The position numbers and the translations under genes were made by a program. This document shows positions 23,447 through 33,429 of a stretch of DNA of 33,429 nt, piece after piece; the first letter of the stretch is position 1; each line of letters opens with the position of its first letter. Under the pieces are notes generated by a model that saw only the letters and a program-made list of their open reading frames with translations, was not told where the DNA came from and searched no databases. The stretch is from Octopus bimaculoides (lineage: Eukaryota): positions 6,360,358 through 6,393,786 of the forward strand of contig NC_068986.1 in assembly GCF_001194135.2 (NCBI RefSeq). The letters run 5' to 3'.

Positions 23447-24368
23447 TATCAGCAACTGGAAACCGAAAGAGAAAGAACTAAGATAATGTAAACATGATCA
23501 AATGTTTCTGCTAACTCCACTGTCCACCCTGTACAACATATAAACAGGATAGAATGATAGATTTGTGCTTGATTATACTGGATAATCAATCAATAATCAA
23601 TGAAGAAATTGTTCAGCAGTTTACAGCGTTATGTTACAATCCTGACATGGTTGACTGGAAACTTTGTTTTCTCAAAGATCAATATACTAAATATATAACA
23701 CAATGTAAGTATACTTAGTTGAGAGGTCAGTGCTAATGTACTTAGTGTAGTGAACCAAGAAATTTTTAATTAATTCAAATTAATGAAAAGATAGAATATG
23801 GTGACCATTCAAGTGCAAAGTAAGCCTGATCTTGATAGCATGGTGATAATTCTGGATATGGTTGCCTTATTGACCATGTAAGGAAAATATTTTACAAGTA
23901 TATTAATAGTCACATGGCCAAAAAGAGGAGAGCTTCTTGATGCTGAGAAAGATGGTTCTACAATTTCTTGCTGAACAACCTGCATAGATGATTTGTTTAC
24001 AGTAATCAAATGTCTTTGCTGCATATTAGCTCAATCCTAATCCAGGAATTGAACCATGTTCTTGTGATTAAGAATGCAGTATTCAAACCATGAGACCACA
24101 AGCTGAAAATGAGTACCAGCCTGGTACAGGAATAACCTTCTCTTTCACTAGCTGTCACATCATGAATATTCCACTGAGTCAAGGAATGAGAAGGTCAAGA
24201 GGATGTCCATGTCAGCTTGTAATGACTTAGACACCCAAAACACTTAGTGAAAACATGGTACATACTACCAAGCCAATCTCACTTGTGAGTAAAGACTATG
24301 GTTTTTAGGTTTGGTGATGCAAACAGGAAAATAGAACTAAACCATAAGTATATCTTTATTATTATTAT

Positions 24369-25076
24369 AGAAGACGTTGCTAGGTTTCTAATATTGTGAT
24401 GCTGTAGATTGAAGATGTGTGTACCAGAGATTTTTAGTTTCTGCCAATTCACAAGAAGGACCTCAGACAGACTGTACTTTATGCAGTATGTGTGCAGTTC
24501 CAAGTAAAGCTGATTTTTGCAATACATGAAGATTGTAGGGTATTTCTAAAGTGTCCAGATGTCTCTTCAGTTTGGGTGGTATTGAACCCAATGCTCTGAT
24601 GACAACAAGAACAACCTTTATATTTGACTCTTGTAGCTGTCACAGCTTGGCAATCTCAATTTTCAGGTCACCGCATTCGCCAACTTTTTCTTTTTCTTTC
24701 ATGATAATATATTGATCTCCTGGCTCTGCTGCATCAATTATTAGGCATTCTTGCTTGTCCTTCCTAAACACTATTATATTCGGCCTTTAGTGCTCTAACA
24801 CTTTGTCTCTCTGTAAGTCAAAGTCATAAAGGATCTCTGCCTTCCCGTTTTCGTCCATTGCCTTTTCTGGTGTATGTTGCTATCAAGAACCCATTACCTT
24901 GTATCTGTACTTCTGGTATTGTAGCCAATGAAGGTTTTGAGCTACCTTGTCATGTCTGTGCTTGTGCCCTTTCTGTGCAAGACTTTCACAAGCACTAAAA
25001 ATGTAAGTCACACTTTTGACCTTCTTCCTACACATTCTGCAGAGTTTCATTGCACTTGTATGGTACATATCCCAGT
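24369..25076 (-). mobile_element. 5'-truncated RLE-type non-LTR retrotransposon (R4/Dong/HERO-like): CCHC knuckle + restriction-like endonuclease
   Basis: CRMCRKKVKSVTYIFSACESLAQKGHKHRHDKVAQNLHW...RPNIIV...CLIIDAAEPGD...LQKSALLGTAHIL; flanked on both sides by (TAA)n. Confidence 0.85.
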
Positions 25077-25154
25077 TTATTATTATTGTTCTAATTATTA
25101 TTGTCACCACCACCAGCCTCCTCTTCTTCCTCCTCCTCCTCCTCCTCCTCCTCC

Positions 25155-25224
<70 letters not shown>

Positions 25225-25225
25225 C
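25077..25225. repeat. Compound trinucleotide microsatellite (TTA/CTC/CAT/TAT)
   Basis: Read directly. Confidence 0.95.
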
Positions 25226-25599
25226 GCTACTGCTACTCATCAGACTATAGCCTTTATTCATTTTGTGAATACATAACAGAGTGCTATATAAGCAATACAC
25301 TGAGAAAGTATAACTTGATGGCATAACATTCTGAAAGCAGCGCCAATCCATCATTTTATATCTACTAAGGATACTTTCAACCAGCTTGGTCTTGGCTGAA
25401 TAAACACTCATGAATAAAAAAAAAAAATCTGCTCAGAGTAAAGTAGGGTGTGTTCTGAAGGTTAATTTCATTGATTTCTATTATATACTAAGAGTGCTTT
25501 TCAGCCTATTAAAGATAAAGACAAACCTTTAGGTCACTGAAAAGGGTATGCTTAATAAATACTTGTCATTTTTATATATAGAAATTAAACGTGGCTGTG

Positions 25600-25782
25600 T
25601 AGGTGTAGACATGGTTGTGCAGATAGTGTAACAGCTCACTTCACAACCATATGGTTTTGGATTCAGGTCCACTTTGTAACACCTTGGGCAAGTGCCTTTT
25701 AATACAGCTCTTGGCCAACTGATGCCTTGAAAGTAAATTTGGTAAATAGAAATTGTGTGGAAGCTCACTGCATATGAGTGTG

Positions 25783-25823
<41 letters not shown>

Positions 25824-25850
25824 CCTTGTGTTGTGTCTGTCTCCCCATCC
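25600..25850 (+). mobile_element. tRNA-derived SINE with internal (TG)n
   Basis: caaccatatggttttggattcaggtcc...caccttgggcaagtgcc...ggaagctcactgcat(tg)n; same family as 14183. Confidence 0.75.
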
Positions 25851-25924
25851 AACTAAGGATAGACTTTTGTAAAAACAATGCAGGCTATGTACATAGGTGC
25901 TATTAGTTAGGTAAGAATTAGCCA

Positions 25925-26062
25925 TGACTACCATGATGGATTTAGTGTACAGGTAGGTGTTCACCAAGGTTTGGTTTTCAGCTCCCTCCAATTCATCATC
26001 ATCCTCCAGGCCATAACAGAGGGATTTAAGACTGGATGCTCATGTGAACTACTATAGAGAGC
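25925..26062 (+). mobile_element. RTE-clade LINE reverse transcriptase fragment
   Basis: FSVQVGVHQGLVFSSLQFIIILQAITEGFKTGCSCELL* matches the RTE motif F.V.VG.HQGS.LSP.LF...ELLYADD. Confidence 0.75.
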
Positions 26063-26259
26063 TATTTTGGTTCACAATTGTGAATTTTTTCAATGTTTAC
26101 TTGAAAAGACTACTGTTATATGAAATTTCATATTGACAATGTTTCTGGGTTACATGGAAGTTACTCTTTCCAAAAGCATAAAATTGTGGCGAAAGCAAAA
26201 TTAACTAAGTTAGATATAAACAGAGAGAATATTGATTTCCATAAGATTAAAAAACAAAA

Positions 26260-26414
26260 ATAGAAGGAAAGAAAAAGTGTGTAGAATGTACTTATTGCCA
26301 AAGAGAAAGTCTGCTGAAGGGTATCGAGTTGAGACCTTTTTAATATGTTTGTTTTGTAAAGTGCCATTGTGTTAATGGTGCTATGGACAATTTCATGACA
26401 AGAATGTAGCATGA
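26260..26414 (+). pseudogene. piggyBac-type transposase C-terminal cysteine-rich domain remnant
   Basis: IEGKKKCVECTYCQKRKSAEGYRVET-(frameshift)-ICLFCKVPLC*WCYGQFH; Cys/His pattern of the piggyBac CRD. Confidence 0.65.
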
Positions 26415-27084
26415 AAATATTTAATTAACTCTGTAATTTGACTAAAATGTAATTATTATATGCCCGTTGTATTTGAGCATGAATAATGTTCAAAAATGGG
26501 AAATGTATATTAATTTTCAATATATGTACACCTGTAATCATCTGTTAATGAACTTTTTTATTGGATATATTCTGTCATGTAATTCTACTTAGGAAATTGA
26601 GTAAGAATACATTGCCAATAGTATATTGACTAGTAAAAGTGTTTTAAACTTTTTTTTCAATGAAAATGTTTTAATGAAATACAGAAGAAGAATAAAACCA
26701 TCTACTGATTATAATTGCCTTTTAATTAATTCAAATTAATTCACCTGCTCTTGAAAAGTGGCAAAATTGTTGGAGGTCAATTCCTGCATCATTATTGGAT
26801 AATTTTAGAAACAGAACAAACAGGTAAAGTTTGTTTTGTTACTATCTGTAAAGTTATTGCTTTTACACCTATTAATTAATTCCACTTGTCCATAGAAGTT
26901 AAATTTCACAAAATCAGTTAAACCTACATAATTATAGATCAATGGAATTTTCACATAAAAAATTAACAAAGTTATAAACTCTTGATCATGATTAGTTTAA
27001 GAAAATATGAATAAATAAGCATTACATGTAACAGAGTAAACGATAGGTATACTTTTTTTCCCCATCATATTTTGATATATGCAT

Positions 27085-27260
27085 TAGAGATGAGGAATTA
27101 TGTACATTATTTATATTATTTACATTTGATGGATATTTGTCCTCATCTTGTTTGTTGTTAACACAATGTTTTGGCTGATATACCCTCCAGCCTTCATCAG
27201 GTGTCTTGGGTAAATTTCGAACCTTAATTCTCATTCCTAAGTTATTTTTCGATGTTGTTG

Positions 27261-27341
<81 letters not shown>

Positions 27342-27415
27342 GGGTCACTGCCTGGCATAGAACTTGGAATCTTGAGGTTAATAGCCCACGCTCTTAACTA
27401 CTGTGCCATATGCCC
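27085..27415 (-). mobile_element. tRNA-headed SINE with (AAT)n and hammerhead motif (left arm, core mutated)
   Basis: Minus: gggcatatggcacagtagttaagagc...aagttctatgccagg-(aat)n-...gacacCTGATGAaggctg..cagccAAAAcattgtgtt. Confidence 0.8.
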
Positions 27416-27417
27416 GT

Positions 27418-27651
27418 GGGTGTATGGCGTTGTGGTTAAGATTCTGAGGTTGATTCCAGGCATTGACCTGAAAAGAATAATAATAATAATAACAACATTG
27501 AAAAATAACTTAGGAATGAGAACACAGGTTCAAAATTTACCCAAGACACCTGATGAAGGCTGGAGGGTATATCAGCCGAAACGTTGTGTTAAGAACAAAC
27601 AAGATGAGGACAAATATCTGTCAAATGTAAATTATGTAAATAATGTATATA
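27418..27651 (+). mobile_element. tRNA-headed SINE with (AAT)n and hammerhead motif (right arm)
   Basis: A box tggcgttgtggttaag, B-box-like gaggttgattcc; ~22-nt deletion in the tRNA part relative to the left arm; otherwise its mirror image. Confidence 0.8.
27545..27590 (+). ncRNA. Minimal type I hammerhead ribozyme (intact core)
   Basis: GACAC-CTGATGA-a-GGCTG gagggtatat CAGCC-GAAA-C-GTT-GTGTT. Helix I GACAC/GTGTT, 5-bp helix II, palindromic ACGT replacing helix III, predicted cut after 27585. Confidence 0.75.
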
Positions 27652-28229
27652 TGACTATTTCATCAACTTTTGTATGTCGTAGTCACAACTGATCATCACC
27701 CTTATTTTGAAAAATGAATTCATTATCACTAACTCACAGTATTTTCTCATGTAGCTTATTCCAATTGCTCTTCATTTTGGTTTAGGTGGGAACTACTAAA
27801 GTTATGAAATTGTAATTTCCCCCATTTACATACATTCACAAAATTGCTTCTTCTTTTCTCTCTCTCTCCTTTTCCTGTTCTTTTTATTTATTGCTCCAGC
27901 ATGACTACTGTTTAATTGACTAAAACAAGTAAAAAAGGATGTGAGAAGCAAATTTTCTCCTTTTGGAATCAGGAAAGTTCTGTGATATTGAACCACAGTC
28001 TTATTTTTTATTTATTTTAATACAGAGGTTATTTTTATTCATTTTAATACTTTTTAGTTTGAGATTATCTCATCAAATTGATATTATCTTTTTCCATGCA
28101 TATTAGATGTGCATTAGCTGTTCCTTGCTGTTCAACAAACCATGTATCTACACCAATGCTATTAAATTTTTATGCAACAATTTTATTCTCAGAGTGTGAT
28201 TCATCTCAATAAAATGATCCACTTGTAGA

Positions 28230-29310
28230 ATGTTAGCAGTGGCTGATAGCTGGGAGATGTTAGTGGATGAAAGAGGGTAGCAGACAATGTCTACAGAAGA
28301 GGTGAGCATGATCTTGAGACCTGATCAGTGTTTCTTGAGTCAAGGGTAGCACATCATGTTATCAATATAGAGTTGATTGTGTTGTGTGAGATGTGGAGGG
28401 AAGAGGTGAACGAGAAGTCAGAGAAGTATGTGGAGATGATAGAAGAATGCCAGAAAAATGAATAGAGAACAAAGCTGTGGGCAATGGGATTGTGTGAACA
28501 GTCTTTGCAGGGTTTTCACTTAGAAAATGAAGTTGAACTCTGGGTATGGTTAGACTTGAGATAAGAAGGGTGGGTAAGACAGCGTTGTTCACCAGCAGAG
28601 GTTGGTTCATGTTGGATGGCACATAAGTTGACAAGCAGCACTGGAGGAGGTACACAGTATGGCACCATAATGCAGTACTAATCAGCCAAACATCAATGAA
28701 ATTTGGTGTACAGTTGATGATCCTCCAGTGTTGGTAATGAGGAACTTCACAGTTGATATTTTATTTTTTATAGGTGTTATAATTACCAAATCACACACAC
28801 ATGCACTTGTTTTAAGATCAGTGATATAATTAAGCAAAGGTTCATTTTCTCGGAGTGAAATAAACTGAGACATTCTCCTCTTTATATAAGTGATTGTTTT
28901 TCTCGGGTGGGGGCGTTCAGTAAATTTGTTACATTTACATGAAGTACTTCTTCAAAGTGTAGAGCATGATAAATTTTGTGAAGGTTTTTCCTTCCAACAT
29001 ATAATGGCATCACTCTTTTATTGTTGCTATGTGCTGTAGCTAGTTCAAGATACAATTCTAATATATTGAGCCAATTCTTCATAGCTTGTGCCATTCTATC
29101 TGGCAGAGCTGAATATCGAGAATGATAGAATATATTTTGTCCCCCATATAATATGTCCAATAATGTTCTTATTGAATGTCTAACTCTGTACCTCCACCAT
29201 AGAGTGCTAATCCCAAATCAAGATGTAGTTACAAGCAGTTCATCATCTTTAGAAGCTTCCTTCAACTCAATGACTAAACTTCCTTCATCAAACTGGTAAC
29301 CATCTTAAAT
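28230..29310 (-). mobile_element. Possible highly degenerate Gypsy/Ty3 pol remnant
   Basis: Scattered motifs across frames (YST; IKE*CHYMLEGKTFT; HPR...MSQF) resemble the RNase H-region sequence YSTF...IKHFRHFLEGR.FT...SPR...ISQF. Weak. Confidence 0.3.
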
Positions 29311-29723
29311 GGTAAAACTACTTGACAATTAAGGATGAGCTACATGGTATAATAAGCATAGAAATCTTATAAGACATATGACACTTCCATATAAATGTTA
29401 TACATTCTGCTAGATTTGGTAACTTTTAAGAAGAAGTAAGCATATGCTGATAAGCTGTAAAGATGGCAAAATTTGTCAATTCAATTCTCATTTCAAAATG
29501 CTGGAAAAATATAACCCTGTGGTGTTATGACAAAGACCAGTTCACAGTGAAACTAAATATATGTATATATATATGAGAGAGAGAGAAAGAGTGAGAGAGA
29601 GTGAGAGAGAGACAGACTGACAGACAGATAGACAAACATATGCTACCATTATTCCAGCGGTGCATATCACCAAATAAACTTCTAACTGAATATTACCTGA
29701 AGATGTGGCAACATTACATAATA

Positions 29724-30335
29724 TAAGTAGTATCAAAAAGTTCTGGACTAGTACTGTAGTGTGCCAACAGATGGCAGCACGTGGTTATGTGTGCAGTGAG
29801 AAGTAGCAATGACCTTCATGAAACAGTATGTCTAGTGATATTACTGTGTTTACTTCATAATTTTTGAAATTTGTGTTTTTGTGATCATGTTTATGCTGCA
29901 GTCTGAGAATTTTGTCATAGACAGGAAGTTGGAACAAAGTGCCAATGTGAAATTTTGCATTAAATTTGGGAAGTCTGGTACAGAGACATTGAGCATGCTT
30001 TGACAAGCTTATGGTGATGAGGCATTGGGTTATATACAATTTTATGAGTGGTATGGGCACTTCAAACTGTATGACAGAGCCACAGCTCAATCAAGAGCAT
30101 GCTCATTGTCTTTTTCAACATTCATGGTATTGTGCATCGATAATTCATCCACCAGATCCAGAACATCGATTGAGAATTCTACTGCAACGCTTTGAAGCAT
30201 TTAAGGGAGGACATTTGGCAAAAGGGACCAGATCTGTTGGGGGCACATAATTGGATTCTTCATGATGACAATTCACCCTGTCACTGAGGTCATCACTCAT
30301 GAGTTTCTCACCAGAAAAAACATCCAGTGTTTGGG
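29724..30335 (+). mobile_element. Internally deleted mariner-type transposon fragment
   Basis: TIR-like gtatcaaaaagttctggact; EQSANVKFCIKFGKSGTETLSML*QAYGDEAL...EWYGHFK joined to KSMLIVFFNIHGIVH...WILHDDNSPCH. Confidence 0.85.
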
Positions 30336-31102
30336 TTTACACGCTTTTTGATAAATTTTTTTTTGAATTCCAGTCCAGTAGCGGTAAGGAGTGCTCAATC
30401 CAAAACATTGGTGGTTCAAATTCAAATGATTCTGACCTTCCTGACAAGTTTCAAAGCAGCAATTTCAAATTTACAATTAAAATAACAACCTTACATAGAT
30501 ACCAATATGTAATAAAATTGCTTTATTTCATCACAAAACTGTTTTCTTTTTTCTTTTTCTACAAGATTGAAATTGTTCATGTGCTGGAGAAATTATTTAA
30601 TTTTTTTCTTTGAAGCTTTAGAAGTTAAAAAATTAGGGCAAGCAATCTGTTACATAGACAACAACAGCAAAGTGCAAATATATTCCAGATATTACTATAT
30701 TAAATAAATATAGTTAATGTGTAATACATTTAAAACCAGTGATGAAACAAAATATCTAAATAAACAACATAGTTGAATAAATTGGTCAGTATAGAGAATA
30801 AGAGAGATCAGAATAAATTTTTTAGAACTGAAATCTCATGCCTCATAAGAAAGGAAAATATATTTTTCTTCCTTTTATTTCTATATTCCATACAATGGAA
30901 ATTACAATACTGAAAAAAGTCGTTTTTCATTTTTAATCAAAGTTCTAATTTTTTCAACACTTTTGCTCAACATTTCTAAAACTATTTCTATTCCCATGGA
31001 GTATGGAATTCTGAAGAACTGTTCCAAAACTCTGCCATTTTTTTTTTTTTTTTTTACTAATGATGCATTTTAGAGCAGATAAAAAATATTATTGTACTTT
31101 GT

Positions 31103-31270
31103 GAAGGTGGAAAGCTGGCAGATTCGTTAGTGCATCAGACAAAATTCTTAGTGGTATTTTTTATAGCATTACGTTTTGAGGTCAAATTCCATCAAGGTTG
31201 ACTTTGCCTTTCATCTTTTTGGGGTCAATACAATAAGTACCAATTGAGCCCTGGGGTCAATGTAATCAGT
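31103..31270 (+). mobile_element. SINE (ctggcagaatcgttagc family)
   Basis: ggtggaaagctggcagattcgttagt...gtcaaattcc...ctttgcctttcatc...ggggtcaatgtaatc. Confidence 0.8.
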
Positions 31271-31689
31271 GCCTATTGTAAAAAGGATTATTGTACTTTG
31301 TGCACAATGACAAATTTTGTATTTAAAAATGTATGTGTATAAAAATAAAGAATATATAATTTAAACAACAAAAAGAAGAAAAAATATATTGATTACTGTG
31401 TTATTCAGTAAATGATAAATAGTTATCAAGATGCTATATTTAAAATTACGGATTGTTTGTACCAAAACAGGTCACAGATTGTACTTCTCAAAAGAAGGCT
31501 GACTTACTACTTGCCACAGATACACACACACACATACATACGCAAGCATTCACACACACAAACACACACACACGAATCAATATATTTGGTTGTATTTCTC
31601 TAAATATCATTGTATCACTGTATCAACCAGACTATCAGATGTAGTTATTCACTACGGGTTACAATGCACTCTCCTACATAGCTTTCAAA

Positions 31690-31898
31690 TAATGCCATTC
31701 CACTGGCTTAGTATGTAGGCCAACATTTTCCTTGAACAGGATACCAGTCCATCACAAGGTCACCCATTAACAGCTGAGCTGACTGGAACAATGTGAAATA
31801 AAGTGTTTTGCTCAAGAACACAATGTACTGCTGATCTGGAGATTGAACCTATGATCTTGCAATTGTGAATGCAACACCCAAACCTCTAGGCCACACAT
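31690..31898 (-). mobile_element. tRNA-derived SINE
   Basis: Minus: gtgtggcctagaggtttggg...aggttcaatctcc...cattgtgttcttgagcaaaacactttatttcac. Confidence 0.75.
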
Positions 31899-32294
31899 CT
31901 TCACATTTTTCTAAATGTAGGTATAAAAAAGTGATGAAAGTCACTTAAGAAAGTAAAATAAAGAGTGGTGGGTGGGGGGCAAAAATAAGTTTGTAATATT
32001 TCAGTTTTGACATTAAATAAGCACTGACTATAAACTCTGAAAAAAGTAATGTTTGGTGAAATAATTATAGTGGTTTTCGTAATTTTGGCATAGAATCTAA
32101 TTTTTACTTTGTTTTTGACTCTCCCTAGACGCAACAAAATCTAATTTATATGTGTAGTTTTAATGATTAATCAATGAAGAAGTTGATCCATCTCTCCATC
32201 TTTCCATCCATCCTAAACCCATCCAGCTGCCTACCTACTTACCTATCTGTGTGTGTGTGTGTGTGTGTGTGTGTGCATGTATATGTATGTGAGA

Positions 32295-32575
32295 AGGCAT
32301 GTGGCTTAGTGGTTATGTTAGGTAGCTCACAATCATAAGATTGCAAATTCAATTCCAAGCAGTGCATTGTGTCCTTATTTCATGTTGCTCCAGTCCACGT
32401 CCACTCAGCTGGCAAAAATGAGTAGTATCTGTATTTCATTATGTGTAATGCTGAATCTCTGAGAATTACATTAAGGATATTCATGTCTGTGGAGTGCTCA
32501 GCTACTTGCACATAATTTCACAACCAGGCAGTTCCATTGATTGGATCAACTGATCAACTGGAACCCTCATAAGCA
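32295..32575 (+). mobile_element. tRNA-derived SINE
   Basis: gcatgtggcttagtggtt...aattcaattcc...ctccagtccac...tggatcaactg..gaaccctc. The tail is the reverse complement of 11177-11243. Confidence 0.75.
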
Positions 32576-32982
32576 GTGAAATGCCCTCGTTCCTCCTCTT
32601 TACTACTACGTATCTCGCTTTACCCCTTTCGTTCTTCCTCTGTTACTACTACGTATCTTTTTTTCCCCCTCATACTTCCTCTCTTTCTCTTTTCCTCTCG
32701 TTGCTCACCTATTCTTCTACTTCCTCCCTTTGTTTCTCCCTCTACCACTTTCTCTCTTTCCCTTACACCGGCGTGGTCACATGCTTCTGGTCAATAATCC
32801 TTTTCTTCCTTGGCTATCGCTGAGCAAACACGCGAACTTACTTCGTCCCTACTTTCAAGTTCATGCCTCACAGCGTTCATACACACATAATTTTTCCCGT
32901 CTGGCCGTAAAGCCTTTTCTGTTTGTTTTCCTGTCTTGTTTTTTTGTCCGCCACTACATTCTATGCATATACTCATTTACTG

Positions 32983-33024
<42 letters not shown>

Positions 33025-33139
33025 ATTTATGGAGATTATTCTATCTTCACTGGTGATTACCACCTCCTTGTGCCTCTTTATTGCCAATGGCATTTCTGAC
33101 TTTCTGTCCATCATCATTTCTCAGATTACAGATTACTGT

Positions 33140-33322
33140 CCGTCATATGTGTGTGTGTGTGTCCATAACTTAGTGGTTTGGTAAAAGAGACCAATACAAT
33201 AAGCACCAAGCTTTAAAAAAAAAATTTAGTACTGCAACTGATTCATTCAAATAAACATTCTTCAAGGTGGTGCTCCAGCATGGTCACAATCTAATGACTG
33301 AAACAAGCAAAAGATAAAGATG
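33140..33322 (+). mobile_element. SINE 3' half after (TG)n
   Basis: ataacttagtggtttggtaaaagagacc...ggtggtgctccagcatggtcacaatctaatgactgaaacaagcaaaagataaa; same tail as 14640-14789. Confidence 0.8.
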
Positions 33323-33429
33323 ATCCTGTTGCAGATCTGGGTGGTTTGAAGCATAGATAGATATCCAACAAAAGTTGAAATTTCCACTGGATTGATTGGT
33401 TCATTCCATTGGAACAAGGAGCCCCTCCC

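Noticed and set aside
23809-24024. Minus-strand 71-aa ORF with superficial similarity to RRN3 (ILVKYFPY)
   Set aside because: Similarity is limited to a few residues; no convincing splice sites.
27361-27460. Genuine tRNA genes
   Set aside because: The acceptor stems do not pair, one copy lacks the anticodon arm, and both continue into a shared SINE body.
1-33429. CRISPR arrays, rRNA, operons
   Set aside because: Eukaryotic repeat-rich DNA; no regularly spaced repeat-spacer array or rRNA-like sequence seen.

Overview
AT-rich, repeat-dense animal genomic DNA with 8 assembly gaps. It is most likely octopus or another cephalopod; this is inferred from the tRNA-SINE families and the heavy microsatellite load, not from a search. 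No host protein-coding gene can be confidently called, and most ORFs in the supplied track are microsatellite, gap or SINE artefacts. Supportable content: a Penelope-like element (RT + GIY-YIG) with a downstream minimal hammerhead ribozyme; a full-length Tc1-type transposon with DD36E spacing; DD37D and mariner fragments; a hAT MITE; a piggyBac C-terminal remnant; R4/Dong-like, RTE and CR1/L2-group LINE fragments; and many SINEs. Most notable: (1) a head-to-head palindromic pair of tRNA-headed SINEs, each carrying a Penelope-type minimal hammerhead ribozyme; (2) a ~150-bp ATP synthase beta gene fragment inside a SINE (TG)n tract; (3) an LTR-like segment with an 8-unit heat-shock-element array next to a TATA box.
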